NCBI GenBank assembly: GCA_963708295.1
Contig: CAVPSJ010000004.1
Span: 864,001 to 928,000, forward strand
Origin: an uncultured delta proteobacterium
GTDB lineage: Bacteria > Desulfobacterota > BSN033 > UBA1163
Direction of reading: 5' to 3'
DNA: 64,000 bases
Positions 57,527 through 64,000 of this stretch are shown here, piece after piece (positions within the stretch are counted from its first letter, which is position 1; every line of letters begins with the position of its first letter). The notes under the pieces are model-generated. The model was not told the origin of the DNA, searched no databases, and worked only from the letters and a program-made list of their open reading frames with translations. Made by a program: the position numbers and the translations under genes.

Positions 57527-59551
57527 TTAATTCCTCCTTGAGAATTCCCCTTGTACCTTAAGCGATCGTCTCTTATAAAGAGCGGCCAGAAACAGAGCCG
57601 CAAGAGCTACTGCGACAAGTATCATCATTTCCGGCTCGTCTCCCACGCCGTACCCTCCTACTGCAAGATTCGAGACATTTGCCGGCAAAGGCAGAGGCTG
57701 ATTGACATCCGTGCCTTTCCCCTCTTTGTTTCGAATCGTCTCGAGGACGGACACAAACGAGGTATAGGGGGTCAGCAGGCTGTAGTTCAAACCCAAGGAG
57801 GTCACTTCCTGCTGGGTCTCCGCATTTTCCTTTCCGAAATTGAAGTCCGAAAGCCTGGCAATTCTCGAGCGGGCCCAGAGATAACGAATGGCACGGTTGA
57901 CCTCGAGGGGTTTTGTCTCAGAAACCTGAATGTTCCTCACATAGTTTTCCTTCCCGCCTTTTCCGGAGACCTCAATCTCGCCTCCTAATCCGCGGCGCCA
58001 TTTTCCGAAGAGAATAAGGGGACGCTCGGCAAAAAGGTCAGGGAGGCTTGACGGCTCAATATCGTAAGCCTCGAACCCTTTGTATTGGACCTGGATATTC
58101 GTCAGGCAGGGTGATTCTACATACTTTCTGAATCGTTCGGCTGTTCCGGGGGCCTCCTCCGGCTTTATCACGATAAAAGGTTCACCCAAGCCGGCCTTGG
58201 CCATGCCTTCGATAAGATAACGATTGACAGCGGTCCCGATGCCGAAGGAAAAGAAATTTGTTCTGCTGAGGTTGTTCCGTATCAATTCGAAGACGTTCCG
58301 CTCAACATTGATGTACCCATCGGTAATGACGATCACCGTCCGGGCAAAACCCTCGTCTCTGGGGAGGGACAGGGCTCTCTGCAATGCAGGGACAATTTCG
58401 GTTCCCCCGCCCCCTCGCTGCGCCTCGATCACCTGAATGGCCTTGGAAATATTCTCCCCTGTGGCCGGGACGGAGGAGGGCGACATGATGCAGGAGGCGC
58501 CGGAAAAGAGGACCACGTTGAACAAGTCCGTCTGTTTAAGATGGCTGATCAGGTCTTTGATGAGCACCTTGGCTGTGTCGAGGGGAAATCCATGCATCGA
58601 GCCGGAGACATCAAGGACAAAGACGTACTCTCGGGGCGGAAGATCCGACGGCTTGATCCGCTCCGGGGGCTGGACCATGAGAAGGAAGAAATTCTCTGTC
58701 TCTCCCTTGTAGAGCATCAAACCGGACTGGACTTCCTTGCCGGCAAGCCGGTAGTTCAGGATGAAGTCCCGGTTTCCCCCCAATTCTCCCGGTTGGGCAA
58801 GCGAGACCTTCGCCATCGACTTGTTCTCCCATGCGACATCCACCTTGTGGGACGGAGATAACAGTTCCTGCAAGGGGATGGCCGTTGACAGAGTGGTGTT
58901 GATCCTGAACTGGGTGGGAGGCAGTTTTCCTTCTTTCAGGTACGGGCTCTTCACCCATTGATCGGTCTCCGGAGCGCTGGCTTCAGGCTGGTTTGAGTAA
59001 CGGGGACCCACCACCGTGGGATACACGAACTGATATGTCCCCTCCGTGGGAACGAGCAATTCGGTATAGTGCAATTCGATCTGGACCCGATCTTTCGGCA
59101 TGATGTTGGCGACATTCATGGTGAAGACGTTGGGCCTCTGCTGCTCCAGCAAGGATGCGCTCTTTCCTTCTGTTTTGGCCTTTTCGAATTCCTGCTTGGC
59201 CGTTTGGCGCTCTTTGATCTTCGCGATGACCACCTGTTCCCCGATCGTCATCTTCATCCCGTGGACGGAAGCCCGTGTCGAGGCAGGGAAGACATAGCGG
59301 GCATGAATGGGCTGCGTCCCCTCATTCGCATACGTCTGGGTGACGTAGACCTCTGCAATCACTCCGTTGATATTGACTGCCACATTTGTCTCTTTAAGAG
59401 GAAATCGTTCCGTGGATGATTCTCCTCCCTCAACGAGGAAGTACGGAGAGAGGGTCTTATCCTCCCTTTTTTCCGCGTGGGCAAGCGCTGCAAGAAAAAA
59501 CACCATGACCCCTAAGACCAAGTAAAAAAAACCATTCATTCTCTTCTCCAT
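57527..59551 (-). CDS. VIT + vWA domain surface protein with PEP-CTERM-like C-terminal sorting signal
   Basis: Signal peptide, KTLSPYF, YVFPAST, LLEQQRPNVF, MIDAS FVLDVSGSM, GGGTE, ITDG, GIG..VNR. C-terminal GDEPE + TM helix + KRR. Confidence 0.9.
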   Translation of the reverse strand: MEKRMNGFFYLVLGVMVFFLAALAHAEKREDKTLSPYFLVEGGESSTERFPLKETNVAVNINGVIAEVYVTQTYANEGTQPIHARYVFPASTRASVHGMKMTIGEQVVIAKIKERQTAKQEFEKAKTEGKSASLLEQQRPNVFTMNVANIMPKDRVQIELHYTELLVPTEGTYQFVYPTVVGPRYSNQPEASAPETDQWVKSPYLKEGKLPPTQFRINTTLSTAIPLQELLSPSHKVDVAWENKSMAKVSLAQPGELGGNRDFILNYRLAGKEVQSGLMLYKGETENFFLLMVQPPERIKPSDLPPREYVFVLDVSGSMHGFPLDTAKVLIKDLISHLKQTDLFNVVLFSGASCIMSPSSVPATGENISKAIQVIEAQRGGGGTEIVPALQRALSLPRDEGFARTVIVITDGYINVERNVFELIRNNLSRTNFFSFGIGTAVNRYLIEGMAKAGLGEPFIVIKPEEAPGTAERFRKYVESPCLTNIQVQYKGFEAYDIEPSSLPDLFAERPLILFGKWRRGLGGEIEVSGKGGKENYVRNIQVSETKPLEVNRAIRYLWARSRIARLSDFNFGKENAETQQEVTSLGLNYSLLTPYTSFVSVLETIRNKEGKGTDVNQPLPLPANVSNLAVGGYGVGDEPEMMILVAVALAALFLAALYKRRSLKVQGEFSRRN

Positions 59552-59614
59552 AACGAATACCTCCTTTTCCTTTCTAAGGAATTTTGGTGTAGGTTCTTTT
59601 CAGAACTGACGCCT

Positions 59615-59668
59615 ACTGTAGAATTGAAAGATGAAGATAATTTGAAGGGAAAATGAAAAGTTAATGAA
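59615..59668 (-). promoter_or_regulatory. Cre-tag-like CreB binding array and -10 box
   Basis: Minus strand TTCAT-N6-TTCAT-N6-TTCAA-N6-TTCAT (11-bp period), then TACAGT 10 nt downstream. Confidence 0.7.
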
Positions 59669-59990
59669 AAAAATGCCAGCAAGTTCGCCCCTACGTCTTT
59701 CCAGAGAACCTCCAGGATTGATCTGATAATAAAAACTCAAACAAACTCCATCACTTAGCTTCTCAGAAACTGAAATATATCCAACTTCGCGCTTAGGGAG
59801 GATCGAACGAGAATTGAGTCTCTCGTCATCCCAAAAGATCTGTTTTCTGTTTCTCTTGACATGGGGAGGATGGTGAGCTTATCCTTTGGATATTCTCTAA
59901 GTAAAGAGACGCAAACGGGACGGGAATGAAGCGGCGTCATTCCGCGGCGCCAACAAATTCCCTCTTTATGGGTAAGGGGAGGTGTGGAAG

Positions 59991-61577
59991 ATGGAACCCA
60001 CCAATAAACTGGTGAATCCGATGTTGACGGATTTCTACCAGATCACCATGTCTTATGCTTACTGGAAAGCCGGCGTACACGAGGAGGAGGCCGTCTTTGA
60101 CCTTTTCTTCCGCCAGAATCCCTTTCGAGGAGAATTTGCCATTTACGCCGGACTCGGGGAGAAACTCAGGCTGTTTGAGAATTTTCATTTCACCGATGAT
60201 CACATCGCCTATCTCAGGGAGCATATGCCGCAATGCGACAAAAGGTTTTTCGACTGGCTCAAGGGCGTGGACTGTTCCCGGATGAAGATCTACGCCTTTG
60301 AGGAAGGAACGATCTCTTTTCCTCGCGAGCCCTTGATGAGAGTCCAGGGCCCGATAGCGGTTGGCCAGCTGCTCGAGACCTCCATCCTCACGCTGACCAA
60401 CTATCCCAGCCTGATGACGACCAACGCGGCGAAATATCGCTTAGCGGTTGGTTTTGACAAAGGTCTGGTTGAATTCGGTTTGCGAAGAGCACAGGGCCCG
60501 GATGGAGGGGTTTCTGCTTCCCGTTACAGTTATATGGGAGGCTTTGATGGGACAAGCAATGTTCTTGCAGGCTATCTTTTCGACGTGCCCATCAAGGGAA
60601 CACATGCCCATTCCTACGTGCAATCTTTTACGGGCGTTGAGAATTTGAAGAATAATACGCTGACGGGAGCGGACGGCAAGGATTACGATTTTGTAAAAAT
60701 CGTTTTGGAGACCCGGGAGGAACTGGGTTTCCGTTATACGAATGAGGGAGAACTTGCTTCGTTTATTGCGTATGCTCAAGCTTTTCCCGGAGACTTTCTG
60801 GCCCTTGTGGATACTTACGACACTTTGAGATCGGGCGTCCCCAACTTTATTTGCGTTGCTCTCGGGCTTCTCAAATTGGGTTACAAGCCCATCGGGATCA
60901 GATTGGATTCCGGAGACCTTTCCTACCTTTCAAAAGAAACAAGAAAGATCTTCAATGAGATGGCCGCCAGAACGAACCCCGTTCTTTCAAAATGTCTGAT
61001 TTTGGCCAGCAACGAAATCAACAAGAGCGTCCTGATGTCGCTCAAGCAGCAGGGTTATGAGATCGATATCTTTGGCATAGGCACACATCTCGTCACATGC
61101 GATGACCAGCCGGCCATGGGATGCGTCTACAAACTGGTCGAAGCAAAGGGTATCCCTCGGATCAAGCTTTCCCAGGAATTGAGCAAGATGACCATCCCCG
61201 GGAGGAAAGAGGTGTATCGTCTTTTCGGTGAAGACGGTTCCAGCTTGCTGGATCTGATGATCAGAGCAGGAGATCACCCGCCGGAACCCGAAAAGCGCGT
61301 GTTATGCCATCATCCCTTTGACCCTATCAAACGAGTGTATGTTACTCCTTCTAAAGTAGTTCCGCTCCATCGTTGTGTCTGGGATGGAAAAAGGATTTAT
61401 CCGGAAGTTCCTTTGAAGGAGTCGAGAGAATATGTCCTGAGTCAGCTGCGGCGCACAAGAGAGGACCATCTCAGAGACATCAACCCCACCCCGTACAAAG
61501 TCTCTGTCAGCGAAGAGCTTTATAATTACGTTTACCACCTGTGGGCGGAAGAGTCCCCGGTCAAAGAGCTGAAATAA
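59991..61577 (+). CDS. pncB: Nicotinate phosphoribosyltransferase
   Basis: LTDFYQITM, FDLFFRQNPF, EFGLRRAQG, GTHAHS, LVDTYD, GIRLDSGDL, GCVYKLVE. Confidence 0.95.
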   Translation: MEPTNKLVNPMLTDFYQITMSYAYWKAGVHEEEAVFDLFFRQNPFRGEFAIYAGLGEKLRLFENFHFTDDHIAYLREHMPQCDKRFFDWLKGVDCSRMKIYAFEEGTISFPREPLMRVQGPIAVGQLLETSILTLTNYPSLMTTNAAKYRLAVGFDKGLVEFGLRRAQGPDGGVSASRYSYMGGFDGTSNVLAGYLFDVPIKGTHAHSYVQSFTGVENLKNNTLTGADGKDYDFVKIVLETREELGFRYTNEGELASFIAYAQAFPGDFLALVDTYDTLRSGVPNFICVALGLLKLGYKPIGIRLDSGDLSYLSKETRKIFNEMAARTNPVLSKCLILASNEINKSVLMSLKQQGYEIDIFGIGTHLVTCDDQPAMGCVYKLVEAKGIPRIKLSQELSKMTIPGRKEVYRLFGEDGSSLLDLMIRAGDHPPEPEKRVLCHHPFDPIKRVYVTPSKVVPLHRCVWDGKRIYPEVPLKESREYVLSQLRRTREDHLRDINPTPYKVSVSEELYNYVYHLWAEESPVKELK

Positions 61578-61797
61578 GTATTTTCATAGAGTATTTTCCT
61601 GCCATTCACCCCGGCAGCAGAAAGCCAGGGTCTACGTTGAGACACTCTTGTCCAAAATCGACATTTCACCGCGGAGCGAAAGGTCGAGTCCTCACGAAAA
61701 CGAACACAGCAATATAAGAAATAATGTTCGGCTAAGGATGAATTGAAGTCGGCTGGGTTTGGTGGTATTCTATGATAAGAAAGAAGGAGGTTCGGCT

Positions 61798-61986
61798 ATG
61801 TCGTCAATCATGGAAAAGGATGAAGCCCACAGGATCATCGATCGTATGCCACCCAACGCCACCTGGGATGATCTCATGCGGGAGATTTACGTCCGGGAGG
61901 CAGTTGAGCGCGGGTTAGCCGACAGCAAGGCAGGCCGGACCAAGGACGTGAAACAGGTCCGGGCGAAATACGGTTTACCGGAATGA
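61798..61986 (+). CDS. Small hypothetical protein, probable antitoxin of a RelE/ParE module
   Basis: 62 aa with AGGAGG RBS. LPxxATWDD.M..IYV...VERGLAD..AGR pattern. An overlapping ATG at 61983 starts MKVH then stops. Confidence 0.65.
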   Translation: MSSIMEKDEAHRIIDRMPPNATWDDLMREIYVREAVERGLADSKAGRTKDVKQVRAKYGLPE

Positions 61987-62087
61987 AAGTCCACTGCATC
62001 AACTGATTGGCACAGGGTAAGACCTCTCTCTTCTAAATTGCTCCATCCTCATTTATAGAAAGCAGCGAACAATGGCCTGTCGAAGGG

Positions 62088-62114
62088 TTGACAATTTCAC
62101 AGCATTATTATAAT
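62088..62114 (+). promoter_or_regulatory. Sigma-70 promoter
   Basis: TTGACA-N15-TATAAT (short spacer). Confidence 0.55.
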
Positions 62115-62147
62115 TTCCTCCCATCTTGAAGACGTTGAGGAGGGGAT

Positions 62148-62285
62148 ATGAATGAGAGAGCATTTATAGAAAACCAGATTGCATCGATCAGGGAAACCGT
62201 GGGGAATGGCATTGCTATTAATGCGCTCAGCGGGGGGGTGGATAGTTCCATAGTAACGGTCCTTGGACACCGCAGCCCAAGATGA
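62148..62285 (+). pseudogene. N-terminal fragment of a GMP synthase ATP-pyrophosphatase subunit
   Basis: MNERAFIENQIASIRETVGNGIAINALSGGVDSSIVTVLGHR then SPR-stop. PP-loop SGGVDS. GAGGAGG RBS. Confidence 0.8.
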
Positions 62286-63469
62286 AGTCCGAAAGAAACA
62301 AAAAAGCTCGCTCCCTCTTCTCCTTCTGCGCCTTTCATTTTATCGATGACGGTTTTACGGATTCCCTCTATCTCCTTCTTCCTTTCATTGCCGCCGAGAT
62401 GCATCTGAATTTCAGCCAGGTGGGGTTGCTGAAGGGAGTTTTTTCCGGTTCCATGGCCCTGTTTCAGGTTCCATTGAGCTTTTTGGGTGAAAGGATTGGC
62501 GAGCTGACCGTGATTGGAGCTGGAACATTTGGGCTGGCTGGTGGTTTTTTGCTCCTGGGCTGGGTCCATTCCTTTCCGGCGATTCTTGTCTCTCTCATTC
62601 TTGCCAAGGCAACGGGAGGAGGACAGCACGGTTTAAGTTCTTCTCTCCTCTCGAGGGTCTTCGAAATTTCCGGACGGCGGACAGCCATGGGAACTTACAA
62701 TTTCTCCGGCGATATGGGGAAAGTCTGCCTTCCATTCTTGCTGGCTTTAATGATCAACCTCTGGGGCTGGAGACAGGGCGTTTTGGTTCTTTCCGTCTTT
62801 GCAGTTGCAGCAACGGCTGCCCTCTGGACGGTCGCCAGAGAGAAAGGGAAGGTTTCGCTTGTTTCTTCATCCCAGGAGGGGTTCTCAGGAAAAAAAGGGG
62901 ATTGGGGAGTACGGGACTTGAAGAGCTTTTCGTCCCTTTTGACTATTGGCGTTATCGACATCACCACCCGAACGGCTTTACTTACTTTTCTTCCTTTTCT
63001 CCTTCTTCGAAAAGGAATTCCAATGGCTCACGTGGGCTTTGCCCTGACCCTTCTTTTCGCGGGAGGCGCGGCTGGAAAATTTGTCTGTGGAATTCTCGCG
63101 GAAAGGCTTGGAATTATTCCGATGGTGGTTGGGACAGAGATCCTGACTTCTGCTGGAATTCTTTCCTTAATCTGGCTTCCTTCTTCGCTAACGTGGATCT
63201 CTCTCCCCATGGTGGGGATCGTCTTAAACGGGACCTCCTCTGTTCTGTATGCTACGGTGGCGGAGATGATCGCTCCGAGCGCCCGTTCAAGGGGATATGG
63301 CCTCTACTATGCGATCACCCTGGGCTCAGGAGCCATTGCTCCGATGGTCTATGGCCTCTTCACCGATTTTTTTGGCCTTTCTATGACCTTGGTCGCCGTC
63401 GGATTGGTCGTTCTATTGACCCTTCCTCTCACCCGATACCTTGTTTCACCCAAAGCGCTGGCTTACTAG
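62282..63469 (+). CDS. MFS transporter (Fsr-like)
   Basis: About 12 TM segments. HFIDDG, LYLLLP, GTYNFSGDMGK, GILAERLG. Confidence 0.92.
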   Translation: MKSERNKKARSLFSFCAFHFIDDGFTDSLYLLLPFIAAEMHLNFSQVGLLKGVFSGSMALFQVPLSFLGERIGELTVIGAGTFGLAGGFLLLGWVHSFPAILVSLILAKATGGGQHGLSSSLLSRVFEISGRRTAMGTYNFSGDMGKVCLPFLLALMINLWGWRQGVLVLSVFAVAATAALWTVAREKGKVSLVSSSQEGFSGKKGDWGVRDLKSFSSLLTIGVIDITTRTALLTFLPFLLLRKGIPMAHVGFALTLLFAGGAAGKFVCGILAERLGIIPMVVGTEILTSAGILSLIWLPSSLTWISLPMVGIVLNGTSSVLYATVAEMIAPSARSRGYGLYYAITLGSGAIAPMVYGLFTDFFGLSMTLVAVGLVVLLTLPLTRYLVSPKALAY

Positions 63470-64000
63470 GCCTTCTTCATGAGCTCTTTTAATCGATTCA
63501 CGGCTGGGGGCAACACCTCTGCGATGCTTTCATCAAAACGGAGATGGCATCTGCTGTCCACGGGGGTCTCCCCCTGATTGATAATGACCAGACGAGCTCT
63601 TCCCCTCAAGGCGACCTCGGGCAATTCATTTGCGGGACCGACGACGAGGCTCGAACCGACGACCACAAAAAGATCACTTTGACTTGAATGCCAGAAAGAG
63701 TCCTCGAGATCTTTCTGAGGAACAGGTTCGCCAAAGTTAATGACACTCGAAACCAGTTTACCCCCACAGGAACACGTTTCTAGACCCAGGGACTTGGCGA
63801 CCTGAGTCTCGCATTGTTGACATCTGAGCCTCGCTACATTGCCATGCAATTCAGCCAGCAGCTCAAGCCGGATCCCCGATCGTAGATGAAGGTTGTCCAC
63901 GTTCTGAGTGATGAGAAACCTCAATTTACCGAGATTCTGCAGGTCCACGATTGCTCGATGACACGCATTCGGCTCGACCGATGTGTAGAGTCTGAATTTG
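63466..64000 (-). CDS. Sir2/CobB family NAD-dependent deacylase, 5' end outside the window
   Basis: ITQNVDNLH, ELHGN, CxxC...CxC, NFGE, VVGSSLVV, IINQGETP. Confidence 0.93.
   Translation of the reverse strand, partial: KFRLYTSVEPNACHRAIVDLQNLGKLRFLITQNVDNLHLRSGIRLELLAELHGNVARLRCQQCETQVAKSLGLETCSCGGKLVSSVINFGEPVPQKDLEDSFWHSSQSDLFVVVGSSLVVGPANELPEVALRGRARLVIINQGETPVDSRCHLRFDESIAEVLPPAVNRLKELMKKA

Noticed and set aside
61700-62075. Integron attC-like ends (CGAAC...GTTCGGC) around the antitoxin gene
   Set aside because: Too short and degenerate, with no array and no integrase.
1-64000. CRISPR array, tRNA, rRNA, integrase or transposase
   Set aside because: I saw no regularly spaced repeat-spacer units, cloverleaf or rRNA signatures, or recombinase ORFs. 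The heptamer tracts lack unique spacers.

Overview
Bacterial window, probably from an anaerobic Desulfobacterota/deltaproteobacterium-like genome. This is inferred from the sigma-54 regulator, Pal/CpoB, HydB/GltD-type Fe-S flavoproteins and the intergenic repeat style. Positions 1-50.8 kb look like one catabolic island for plant polyphenols/flavonoids. It carries a GAF/AAA+ sigma-54 activator with its promoter, two Liv-type ABC systems plus extra binding proteins, four flavone-reductase (FLR)-like flavodoxin proteins, a chalcone-isomerase-like gene, a PhlG/phloretin-hydrolase-like gene, a tannase-family esterase, two Tat-signal amidohydrolase/decarboxylases, redox modules, PaaK, AbfD, LarA, M24 and two DHDPS-family genes. 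The most striking unit (10.2-17.4 kb) is CocE hydrolase - AcpS - phosphotransacylase - butyrate kinase - atypical ACP - CocE hydrolase, with no FAS/PKS/NRPS genes. I propose it is an ACP-based catabolic acyl-transfer route that conserves ester or C-C acyl bond energy as ATP. Positions 51-64 kb are mostly housekeeping (marR, pal, cpoB, acuB-like, creBC with exosortase K and a VIT/vWA target, pncB, MFS, sirtuin). About 15 island genes carry frameshifts that look like sequencing indels. Family assignments come from motif recognition and remembered reference sequences, not from database searches. I saw no rRNA, tRNA or CRISPR array.
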